From the NCBI RefSeq assembly GCF_009914755.1, contig NC_060928.1: 64,000 bases of DNA. One strand, written 5' to 3'. Below, piece after piece: positions 12,680-27,108 of the stretch (the first letter of the stretch is position 1; every line of letters begins with the position of its first letter). This DNA comes from the human T2T-CHM13v2.0 reference genome, Homo sapiens. Under the pieces are notes generated by a model. It worked only from the letters and a program-made list of their open reading frames with translations. It searched no databases and was not told where the DNA came from. The translations under genes were made by a program, and so were the position numbers.

Positions 12680-15200
12680 CTTTGATATTTTATGTATAGT
12701 ATATAATACATACTTTGGGTACTTTGATATTTTATGTACAGTATGTAATACATAATTTGGGTAATTTAATATTTTATGTATAGTATATAATACATACTTT
12801 GGGTACTTTGATATTTTATGGACAGTGTATAATACATACTTTGGGTACTTTGATATTTTATGTACAGTGTATAATATATAGTTTGGGTACTTTGATATTT
12901 TATATACAGTATATAATACATACTTTGGGTACTTTGATATTTTATGTACAGTATATAATATATAGTTTGGGTACTTTGATATTTTATGTACGGTATATAA
13001 TACATACTTTGGGTACTTTGATATTTTATTTACAGTATATAATACATGCTTTGGGTACTTTGATATTTTATGTACAGTATATAATACATACTTTGGGTAC
13101 TTTGATATTTTATGTACAGTATACAATATATAGTTTGAGTACTTTGATATTTTATGTGCAGTATAAAATATATAGTGTTGGTAGTTTGATATTTTATGTA
13201 CAGTATATATTTTGAGTACTTTGATATTTTATGTACAGTTTATTATAAATGTTTGGGTACTTTCATATTTGATGTACAGTATATAATACATAATTTGGGC
13301 ACTTTGATATTTTATGTACAGTATATAATACATACTTTGGGTACTTTTATATTTTATGTACAGTATATAATACATACTTTGGGTACTTTGATATTTAATG
13401 TACAGTATATAATACACACTTTGAGTACTTTGATATTTTATGTAACGTATGTAATACATATTTTGGGTAGTTTGATATTTTATGTACAGTATGTAGTACA
13501 CACTTTGGGTACTTTGATATTTTATGTACAGTATGTAAAACATACTTTGGGTACTTTGATATTTTATGTACAGTATGCAATATATAGTTTGAGTACTTTG
13601 ATATTTTATGTACAGTTTATTATAAATGTTTGGGTAGTTTCATATTTGATGTACTGTATATAATACATAATTTGGGCACTTTGATATTTTATGTACAGTA
13701 TATAATACATACTTTGGGTAATTTTATATTTTATGTACAGTATATAATACATACTTTGGATACTTTGATATTTAATGTACAGTATATAATGCACACTTTG
13801 CGTACTGTGATATTTTATGTAAAGTATGTAATACATACTGTGGGTAGTTTGATATTTTATGTACAGTATGTAATACACACTTTGGGTACTTTGATATTTT
13901 ATGTATAGTATATAATACATACTTTGGGTACTTTGATATTTTATGTACAGTATGTAATACATAATTTGGGTAATTTAATATTTTATGTATAGTATATAAT
14001 ACATACTTTGGGTACTTTGATATTTTATGGACAGTGTATAATACATACTTTGGGTACTTTGATATTTTATGTACAGTGTATAATATATAGTTTGGGTACT
14101 TTGATATTTTATATACAGTATATAATACATACTTTGGGTACTTTGATATTTTATGTACAGTATATAATATATAGTTTGGGTACTTTGATATTTTATGTAC
14201 GGTATATAATACATACTTTGGGTACTTTGATATTTTATGTACAGTATATAATACATACTTTGGGTACTTTGATATTTTATGTACAGTATACAATATATAG
14301 TTTGAGTACTTTGATATTTTATGTGCAGTATAAAATATATAGTGTTGGTAGTTTGATGTTTTATGTACAGTATATATTTTGAGTACTTTGATATTTTATG
14401 TACAGTTTATTATAAATGTTTGGGTACTTTCATATTTGATGTACAGTATATAATACATAATTTGGGCACTTTGATATTTTATGTACAGTATATAATACAT
14501 ACTTTGGGTACTTTTATATTTTATGTACAGTATATAATACATACTTTGGGTACTTTGATATTTAATGTACAGTATATAATACACACTTTGCGTACTTTGA
14601 TATTTTATGTAACGTATGTAATACATACTTTGGGTAGTTTGATATTTTATGTACAGTATGTAGTACACACTTTGGATACTTTGATATTTTATGTACAGTA
14701 TGTAAAACATACTTTGGGTACTTTGATATTTTATGTACAGTATATAATATATAGTTTGGGTACTTTGATATTTTATATACAGTATATAATACATACTTTT
14801 GGTACTTTGATATTTTATGTACAGTATATAATACGTACTTTGGGTACTTTGATATTTTATGTACAGTATGCAATATATATTTTGAGTACTTTGATATTTT
14901 ATGTACAGTTTATTATAAATGTTTGGGTAGTTTCATATTTGACGTACAGTATATTATACATAATTTGGGCACTTTGATATTTTATGTACAGTATATAATA
15001 CATACTTTGGGTAATTTTATATTTTATGTACAGTATATATTACATACTTTGGGTACTTTGATATTTAATGTACAGTATATAATGCACACTTTGCGTACTG
15101 TGATATTTTATGTAAAGTATGTAATACATACTGTGGGTAGTTTGATATTTTATGTACAGTATGTAATACACACTTTGGGTACTTTGATATTTTATGTACA
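12680..15200. repeat. Degenerate tandem duplication of an approximately 1.2-kb unit
   Basis: ORF and variant pairs 12799/14008, 13196/14363, 13630/14923; shared TATGGACAGTG, AGTGTTGGTAG, GTAACGTATG, GCGTACTGTGA. Offsets 1167-1293 differ by whole monomers. Confidence 0.7.
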
Positions 15201-18200
15201 GTATGTAAAACGTACTTTGGGTAGTTTGATATTTTGTGATGAGTATATAATACACATTTTGGGTACTTTGATATTTTATGTACAGGATATAATGCATATT
15301 TTGGGTACTTTGATAGTTTATGTACAGTATATAATACATACTTTGGGTACTTTGATATTTTATGTATAGTATAAAATATATAGTTCGGGTAGTTTCATAT
15401 TTTATGTACAGTATGTAAAACATACTTTGGGGAGTTTGATATTTTATGAACAGTATATAATACACATTTTGTGTACTTTGATATTTTATGTACAGTATAT
15501 AATACATACTTTGGGTACTTTGATATTTTATGTACAGTATATATTACATACTTTGGGTACTTTGATATTTTATGTACAGTATACAATATATAGTTTGAGT
15601 ACTTTGATATTTTATGTACTGTATAAAATGTATAGTTTTGGTAGTTTGATGTTTTATGTACAGTATAAATTTTGAGTACTTTGATATTTTATGTACAGTT
15701 TATTATAAATGTTTCGGTACTTTCATATTTTACGTACAGTATATAATACATACTTTGGGCATTTTGATGTTTTATGTACAGTATATAATACATACTTTGG
15801 GTTCTTTGATATTTTATGTACAGCATATAATACATAATTTGGGGACTTTTATATTTTATGTACATTATATTATACATACTTTGGGTACTTTTATTTTTTA
15901 TGTACGGTATATAATACATACTTTGGGTACTTTGATATATTATGTACAGTATATAATACATACTTTGGGTACTTTGATATATTATGTACAGTATATAATA
16001 CATACTAAGGGTACTTTGACATTTTATGTACAGTACATAATACATACTTTGGGTTCTTTGATATTTTATGTACAGTATATAATGCATACTTTGGATACTT
16101 TGATATTTTATGTACAGTATATAATACATACTTTGGGTACTTTGATATTTTATGTACAGTATGTAATATATAATTTGGGTACTTTAATATTTTATGTATA
16201 GTATATAATACATACTTTGGGTACTTTGATATTTTATGGACAGTGTATAATACATACTTTGGGTACTTTGATATTTTATGTACAGTATATAATATATAGT
16301 TTGGGTACTTTGACATTTTATATACAGTATATAATACATACTTTGGGTACTTTGATATTTTGTGTACAGTATATAATACATACTTTGGGTACTTTGATAT
16401 TTTATGCACAGTATACAATATATAGTTTGAGTACTTTGATATTTTATGTACTGTATAAAATATATAGTTTTGGTACTTTGATATTTTATGTACAGTATAT
16501 AGTTTGAGTACTTTGATATTTTATGTACAGTTTGTTAAAAATGTTTGGGTGCTTTCATATTTTATGTACAGTATATAATACATACTTTGGGCACTTTGAT
16601 ATCTTATGTACAGTATATAATACATATTTTGGGTACTCTGATATTTTATGTACAGTGTATAATACATAATTTGTGTACTTTGATATTTTATGTACAGTAT
16701 ATAATACATACGTTGGGTACTTTGATATATTATGTACAGTATATAATAAATACTTTGGGTACTTTGATATTTTATGTACAGTATATAATCCATAGTTTGT
16801 GTACTTTGATATTTTATGTACAGTATATAATACATACTTTGGGTACTTTGATATTTTATGTACAGTATATAATACATACTTTGGGTACTTTCATGTTTTA
16901 TGTACAGTATATAATATATAGTTTGGGTACTTTGATATTTTATGTACGGTATATAATACATACTTTGGGTACTTTGATATTTTATGTACAGTATATAATA
17001 CATAATTTGGGTACTTTGATATTTTATGTACAGTATACAATATATAGTTTGAGTACTTTGATATTTTATGTGCAGTATAAAATATATAGTGTTGGTAGTT
17101 TGATGTTTTATGTACAGTATATATTTTGAGTACTTTGATATTTTATGTACGGTATATAATACATACTTTGGGAACTTTGATATTTTATGTACAGTATGTA
17201 AAACATACTTTGGGTACTTTGATATTTTATGTACAGGATATAATGCATACTTTGGGTACTTTGATAGTTTATGTACAGTATATAATACATACTTTGGGTA
17301 CTTTGATATTTTATGTATAGTATAAAATATATAGTTTGGGTAGTTTGATATTTTATGTACAGTATGTAAAAGATACTTTGGGGAGTTTGATATTATATGT
17401 ACAGTATGTAAAACATGCTTTGGGGAGTTTGATATTTTATGAACAGTATATAATACACATTTTGTGTACTTTGATATTTTATGTACAGTATATAATACAA
17501 ACTTTGGGTTCTTTGATATTTTATGTACAGAATATAATGCATAGTTTTAGGTACTTTTATATTTTATGTACAGTATATAATACATATTTTGGGTACTTTG
17601 ATATTTTATGTACAGTATATAATACATACTTTGGGAACTTTGATATTTTATGTACAGTATGTAATACATACTTTGGGTACTTTGATATTTTATGTACAGT
17701 ATATAATACATACTATTGGTACTTTGATATTTTATGTACAGTATACAATATGTAGTTTGAGTACTTTGATATTTTATGTCCAGTATAAAATATATAGATT
17801 TCATACTTTGATATTTTTGTACTGAATGTAGTTTGAGTACTTTGATATTTTATGTACACTTTATTATAAAAGTTTGGGTACTTTGATATTTTACGTACAG
17901 TATATAATACATACTTTGGGCACTTTGATGTTTTATGTACAGTATATAATACATACTTTGGGTTCTTTGATATTTTATGTACAGCATATAATACATAATT
18001 TGGGGACTTTTATATTTTATGTACATTATAATATACATACTTTCGGTACTTTTATATTTTATGTACGGTATATAATACACACTTTGGGTACTTTGATATT
18101 TTATGTACAGTATATAATACATACTTTGGGTACTCTGATATTTTATGTACAGTATAAAATATATAGTTTGAGTACTTTGATATTTTATGTACTGTATAAA

Positions 18201-19714
18201 ATATATAGTTTTCGTACTTTGATATTTTATGTACAGTATATAGTTTGAGTACTTTGATATTTTATGTACCGTTTTTTATAAATGTTTGGGTGCTTTCATA
18301 TTTTATGTACAGTATATAATACATAAAAAGGGCACTTTGATATTTTATGTACAGTATATAATACATACTTTGGGTACTCTGATATTTTATGTACAGTGTA
18401 TAATACATACTTTGGGTACTTTGATATTTTATGTACAATATATAATACATACGTTGGGAACTTTGATATATTATGTACAGTATATAATACATGCTTTGGG
18501 TACTTTGATATTTTATCTACAGTATACAACACATAGTTTGTGTACTTTGATATTTTATGTACAGTATATAATACATACTTTGGGTACTTTGATATTTTAT
18601 GTACAGTATATAATACATACTTTGGGTACTTTCATATTTTATGTACAGTATATAATGCATAGTTTGGTTACTTTGATATTTTATCTACAGCTTATAATAC
18701 ATACTTTGGATAGTTTGATACTTTATGTACAGTATATAATACATACTTTGGGTACTTTGATATTTTATGTACAGTATACAATATATAGTTTGAGTACTTT
18801 GATATTTTATGTGCAGTATAAAATATATAGTTTTGGTACTTTCATATTTTATGTACAGTATATAGTTTGAGTACTTTGATATTTTATGTACAGTTTTTTA
18901 TAAATGTTTGGGTGCTTTCATATTTTATGTACAGTATATAATACATACTAAGGGCACTTTGATATTTTATGTACAGTATATAATACATACTTTGGGTACT
19001 TTGATATTTTATGTACGTCATATAATATATAGTTTGGGTACTTTGATATTTTATGTACAGAATATAATACATACCTTGGGTACTTTGATATTTTATGTAC
19101 AGTATATAATATACAGTTTGGGTATTTTGATATTTTATGTACAGTATATAATACATACTTTGGGTACTTTGATATTTTATGTACAGTATATAATACATAC
19201 TTTGGGAACTTTGATATTTTATGTACAGTATGTAAAACATACTTTGGGTACTTTGATATTTTATGTACAGTATATAATACATACTATTGGTACTTTGATA
19301 TTTTATGTCCAGTATAAAATATATAGATTTCGTACTTTGATATTTTATGTACAGAATATAGTTTGAGTACTTTGATATTTTATGTACAATTTATTATAAA
19401 AGTTTGGGTACTTTCATATTTTACGTACAGTATATAATACATACTTTGGGCACTTTGATGTTTTATGTACAGTATATAATACATACTTTAGGTTCTTTTA
19501 TATTTTATGTACAGCATATACTACAAAATTTGGGGACTTTTATATTTTATGTACATTATATAATACATTCTTTGGGTACTTTTATATTTTATGTACGGTA
19601 TATAATACATACTTTGGGTACTTTGATATATTATGTACAGTATATAATACATACTTTGGGTAATTTCATATATTATGTACAGTATATAATACATACTTAG
19701 GGTACTTTGACATT

Positions 19715-22700
19715 TTATGTACAGTATATAATACATACTTTGGGTACTTTGATATTTTATGAACAGTATATAATACATACTTTGGGTACTTAGATATTTT
19801 ATGTACTGTATATAATACATACTTTGGGTACTTTTATATTTTATGTACAGTATATAATATATAGTTTGGGTACTTTGATATTTTATGTACGGTATATAAT
19901 ACATACTTTGGGTACTTTGATATTTTATGTATAGTATATAATACATACTTTGGGTACTTTGATATTGTATGTACAGTATACAATATATAGTTTGAGTACT
20001 TTGATATTTTATGTACTGTATAAAATATATAGTTTTGGTACTTTGATATTTTATGTATAGTATATAGTTTGAGTACTTTTATATTTTATGTACAGTTTTT
20101 TATAAATATTTGGGTGCTTTCATATTTTATGTACAGTATATAATACATACTAAGTGCACTTTGATATTTTATGTACAGTATATAATACATACTTTGGTTA
20201 CTCTGATATTTTATGTACAGTGTATAATACATACTTTGAGTACTTTGATATTTTATGTACAATATATAATACATACGTTGGGAACTTTGATATATTATGT
20301 ACAGTATATAATTCATACTTTGGGTACTTTGATATTTTATGTACAGTATATAATACATAGTTTGTGTACTTTGATATTTTATGTACAGTATATAATACAT
20401 ACTTTGGGTACTTTGATATTTTATATACAGTATATAATACATACTTTGGGTACTTTCATATTTTATGTACAGTATATAATATATAGTTTGGGTACTTTGA
20501 TATTTTATCTACAGCTTATAATACATACTTTGGGTACTTTGATATTTTATGTACAGTATATAATACATACTTTGGGTAGTTTGATATTTTATGTACAGTA
20601 TACGATATATAGTTTGAGTACTTTGATATTTTATGTGCACTATAAAATATATAGTTTTGGTACTTTGATATTTTATGTACAGTTTATAGTTTGAGTACTT
20701 TGATATTTTATGTACAGTTTATTATAAATGTTTGGGTACTTTCATATTTGATGTACAGTATATAATACATAATTTGGGCACTTTGATATTTTATGTACAG
20801 TATATAATACATACTTTGGGTACTTTTCTATTTTATGTACAGTATATAATACATACTTTGGGTACTTTGATATTTAATGTACAGTATATAATACACACTT
20901 TCCGTACTTTGATATTTTATGTAAAGCATGTAATACATACTTTGGGCAGTTTGATATTTTATGTACAGTATGTAATACACACTTTGGGTACTTTGATATT
21001 TTATGTACAGTATGTAAAACATACTTTGGGTAGTTTGATATATTATGTACAGTATATAATACATACTTTGGGTACTCTGATATTTTATGTACAGTGTATA
21101 ATACATACTTTGGGTACTTTGATATTTTATGTACAGTATATAATACATACATTGGGTACTTTGATATATTATGTACAGTATATAATACTTACTTGGGGTA
21201 CTTTGATATTTTATGTACAGTATATAATACATACTTTGTGTACTTTGATATTTTATGTACAGTATATAATACATACTTTGGGTATCTTGATATTTTATGT
21301 ACAGTATATAATGCATACTTTGGGTACTTTGATATTTTATGTACAGTATATAATGCATACTTTGAGTACTTTGATATTTTATGTACAGTATGTAATACAT
21401 ACTTTGGGTACTTTGATATTTTATGTATAGTATATAATACATACTTTGTGTAGTTTGATATTTTATGTACAGTATACAATATATAGTTTGAGTACTTTGA
21501 TATTTTATGTCCAGTATAAAATATATACTTTTCCTAATTGATATTTTATGTACAGAATATAGTTTGAGTACTTTGATATTTTATGTACACTTTATTATAA
21601 ATGTTTGGGTACTTTCATATTTTATGTACAGTATATAATACATACTTTGGTCTCTTTGATGTTTTATGTACAGTATATAATACATACTTTGGGTTCTTTG
21701 ATATTTTATGTGCAGAATATAATGCATAGTTTTAGGTACTTTTATATTTTATGTACAGTATATAATACATACTTTGGGTACTTTGATATTTTATGTACAG
21801 TATATAATACATACTTTGGGTACTTTGATATTTTATGTACAGTATATAATACATATTATTGGTACTTTGATATTTTATGTACAGTATACAATATATAGTT
21901 TGAGTACTTTGATATTTTATGTCCAGTATAAAATACATAGATTTCATACTTTGATATTTTATGTACAGAATATAGTTTGAGTACTTTGATATTTTATGTA
22001 CACTTTATCATAAAAGTTTGGGTACTTTCATATTTTACGTACAGTATATAATACATACTTTGGGCACTTTGATGTTTTATGTACAGTATATAATACATAC
22101 TTTGGGTCCTTTGATATGTTATGTACAGCATATAGTACATAATTTGGGGACTTTTATATTTTATGTACATTATATAATACATACTTTGGGTACTTTTATA
22201 TTTTATGTATGGTATATAATACATACTTTGGGTACTTTGATATATTATGTACAGTATAAAATACATACTTTGGGTACTTTGATATATTATGTACAGTATA
22301 TAATACATACTTAGGGTACTTTGACATTTTATGTACAGTACATAATACATACTTTGGGTACTTTGATATTTTATGTACAGTATATAATACATACTTTGGG
22401 TACTTTGATATTTTATGTACAGTATATAATACATGTTTTGGGTACTTTTACATTTTATGTACAGTATATAATATATAGTTTGGGTACTTTGATATTTTAT
22501 GTACGGTATATAATACATACTTTGGGTACTTTGATATTTTATGTACAGTATATAATACATACTTTGGGTACTTTGATATTTTATGTACAGTATATAATAC
22601 ATACTTTGGGTACTTTGATATTTAATGTACTGTATATAATACACACTTTGCGTACTTTGATATTTTATGTAAAGTATGTAATACATACTTTGGGTACTTT

Positions 22701-25700
22701 GATATTTTATGTACAGTATGTAATACACGCTTTGGGTACTTTGATATTTTATGTAGAGTATGTAAAACATACTTTGGGTAGTTTGGTATTTTATGATCAG
22801 TATATAATACATATTTTGGGTACTTTGATATTTTATGTAGAGTATATAATACCTACTTTGGGTACTTTGATATTTTATGTACAGTATATAATGCATAATT
22901 TGGGTACTTCAATAGTATATGCACAGTATATAATACATACTTTGGGTAATTTGATATTTTATGTACAGTATATAATGCATACTTTGGGTACTTTGATAGT
23001 TTATGTACAGTATACAATACATACTTTAGGTACTTTGATATTTTATGTACAGTATATAATATGTAGTTTGGGTACTTTGATATTTTAACTACAGTATATA
23101 ATACATACTTTGGGTACTTTGATATTTTATCTACAGTATATAATAGATATTTTGGGTACTTTGATATATTATGTACAGTATATAATACATAGTTTGGTTA
23201 CTTTGATATTTTTTGTACAGTATGTAAAACATACTTTGGGGAGTTTGATATTTTATGAACAGTATATAATACACATTTTGGGTACTTTGATATTTTATGT
23301 ACGGTATATAATACATACTTTGGGTACTTTGATATTTTATGTACAGTATATAATTCATACTTTGGGTACTTTGATATTTTATGTACAGTATATAATACAT
23401 ACTTTGGGTACTTTGATATTTTATGAACAGTATATAATACATACTTTGGGTACTTTGATATTTTATGTACTGTATATAATACATACTTTGGGTACTTTTA
23501 TATTTTATGTACAGTATATAATATATAGTTTGGGTACTTTGATATTTTATGTAAGGTATATAATACATACTTTGGGTACTTTGATATTTTATGTATAGTA
23601 TATAATACATACTAAGCGCACTTTGATATTTTATGTACAGTATATAATACATACTTTGGTTACTCTGATATTTTATGTACAGTGTATAATACATACTTTG
23701 GGTACTTTGATATTTTATGTATAGTATATAGTTTGAGTACTTTGATATTTTATGTACAGTTTTTTATAAATATTTGGGTGCTTTCATATTTTATGTACAG
23801 TATATAATACATACTAAGCGCACTTTGATATTTTATGTACAGTATATAATACATACTTTAGTTACTCTGATATTTTATGTACAGTGTATAATACATACTT
23901 TGGGTACTTTGATATTTTATGTACAATATATAATACATACGTTGGGAACTTTGATATATTATGTACATTATATAATTCATACCTTGGGTACTTTGATATT
24001 TTATGTACAGTATATAATACATAGTTTGTGTACTTTGATATTTTATGTACAGTATATAATACATACTTTGGGTACTTTGATATTTTATATACAGTATATA
24101 ATACATACTTTGGGTACTTTCATATTTTATGTACAGTATATAATATATAGTTTGGGTACTTTGATATTTTATCTACAGCTTATAATACATACTTTGGGTA
24201 CTTTGATATTTTATGTACAGTATATAATACATACTTTGGGTAGTTTGATATTTTATGTACAGTATACAATATATAGTTTGAGTACTTTGATATTTTATGT
24301 GCAGTATAAAATATATAGTTTTGGTACTTTGATATTTTATGTACAGTTTATAGTTTGAGTACTTTGATATTTTATGTACAGTTTATTATAAATGTTTGGG
24401 TACTTTCATATTTGATGTACAGTATATAATACATAATTTGGGCACTTTGATATTTTATGTACAGTATATAATACATACTTTGGGTACTTTTCTATTTTAT
24501 GTACAGTATATAATACATACTTTGTTTACTTTGATATTTAATGTACAGTATATAATACACAGTTTGCGTACTTTGATATTTTATGTAAAGCATGTAATAC
24601 ATAATTTGGGCAGTTTGATATTTTATGTACAGTATGTAATACACACTTTGGGTACTTTGATATTTTATGTACAGTATGTAAAACATACTTTGGGTAGTTT
24701 GATATATTATGTACAGTATATAATGCATACTTTGGGTACTCTGATATTTTATGTACAGTGTATAATACGTACTTTGGGTACTTTGATATTTTATGTACAG
24801 TATATAATACATACATTGGGTACTTTGATATATTATGTACAGTATATAATACTTACTTTGGGTACTTTGATATTTTATGTACAGTATATAATACATACTT
24901 TGTGTACTTTGATATTTTATGTACAGTATATAATACATACTTTGGGTACTTTGATATTTTATGTACAGTATATAATACATACTTTGGGTATCTTGATATT
25001 TTATGTACAGTATATAATGCATACTTTGGGTACTTTGATATTTTATGTACAGTATATAATGCATACTTTGAGTACTTTGATATTTTATGTACAGTATGTA
25101 ATACATACTTTGGGTACTTTGATATTTTATGTATAGTATATAATACATACTTTGTGTAGTTTGATATTTTATGTACAGTATACAATATATAGTTTGAGTA
25201 CTTTGATATTTTATGTCCAGTATAAAATGTATAGTTTTCCTAATTGATATTTTATGTACAGAATATAGTTTGAGTACTTTGATATTTTATGTACACTTTA
25301 TTATAAATGTTTGGGTACTTTCATATTTTATGTACAGTATATAATACATACTTTGGTCTCTTTGATGTTTTATGTACAGTATATAATACATACTTTGGGT
25401 TCTTTGATATTTTATGTGCAGAATATAATGCATAGTTTTAGGTACTTTTATATTTTATGTACAGTATATAATACATACTTTGGGTACTTTGATATTTTAT
25501 GTACAGTATATAATACATACTTTGGGAACTTTGATATTTTATGTACAGTATGTAATACATACTTTGGGTACTTTGATATTTTATGTACAGTATACAATAT
25601 ATAGTTTGAGTATTTTGATATTTTATGTCCAGTATAAAATACATAGATTTCATACTTTGATATTTTATGTACAGAATATAGTTTGAGTACTTTGATATTT

Positions 25701-27108
25701 TATGTACACTTTATCATAAAAGTTTGGGTACTTTCATATTTTACATACAGTATATAATACATACTTTGGGCACTTTGATATTTTATGTACAGTATATAAT
25801 ACATACTTTGGGTTCTTTGATATGTTATGTACAGCATATAATACATAATTTGGGGACTTTTATATTTTATGTACATTATATAATACATACTTTGGGTACT
25901 TTTATATTTTATGTACGGTATATAATACATACTTTGGGTACTTTGATATATTATGTACAGTATATAATACATACTTTGGGTACTTTGATATATTATGTAC
26001 AGTATATAATACATACTTAGGGTACTTTGACATTTTATGTACAGTACATAATACATACCTTGGGTACTTTGATATTTTATGTACAGTATATAATACATAC
26101 TTTGGGTACTTTGATATTTTATGTACAGTATATAATACATGTTTTGGGTACTTTTATATTTTATGTACAGTATATAATATATAGTTTGGGTACTTTGATA
26201 TTTTATGTACGGTATATAATACATACTTTGGGTACTTTGATATTTTATGTTCAGTATATAATACATACTTTGGGTACTTTGATATTTTATGTACAGTATA
26301 TAATACATACTTTGGGTACTTTGATATTTAATGTACAGTATATAATACACACTTTGCGTACTTTGATATTTTATGTAAAGTATGTAATACATACTTTGGG
26401 TACTTTGATATTTTATGTACAGTATGTAATACACGCTTTGGGTACTTTGATATTTTATGTAGAGTATGTAAAACATACTTTGGGTAGTTTGGTATTTTAT
26501 GATCAGTATATAATACATATTTTGGGTACTTTGATATTTTATGTACAGTATATAATACATACTTTGGGTACTTTGATATTTTATGTACAGTATATAATGC
26601 ATAATTTGGGTACTTCAATAGTTTATGCACAGTATATAATACATACTTTGGGTAATTTGATATTTTATGTACAGTATATAATGCATACTTTGGGTACTTT
26701 GATAGTTTATGTACAGTATACAATACATACTTTGGGTACTTTGATATTTTATGTACAGTATATAATATGTAGTTTGGGTACTTTGATATTTTAACTACAG
26801 TATATAATACATACTTTGGGTACTTGGATATTTTATCTACAGTATATAATAGATACTTTGGGTACTTTGATATATTATGTACAGTATATAATACATAGTT
26901 TGGTTACTTTGATATTTTTTGTACAGTATGTAAAACATACTTTGGGGAGTTTGATATTTTATGAACAGTATATAATACACATTTTGGGTACTTTGATATT
27001 TTATGTACGGTATATAATACATACTTTGGGTACTTTGATATTTTATGTACAGTATATAATTCATACTTTGGGTACTTTGATATTTTATGTACAGTATATA
27101 ATACATAC
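19715..27108. repeat. Tandem duplication of an approximately 3.7-kb higher-order unit (offset 3664, then 3706)
   Basis: Block starts 20110/23774 and 20732/24396 (3664); 21605/25311, 22018/25724, 23110/26816 (3706 = +1 monomer); GAACAG variant at 19761/23425. Confidence 0.85.
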
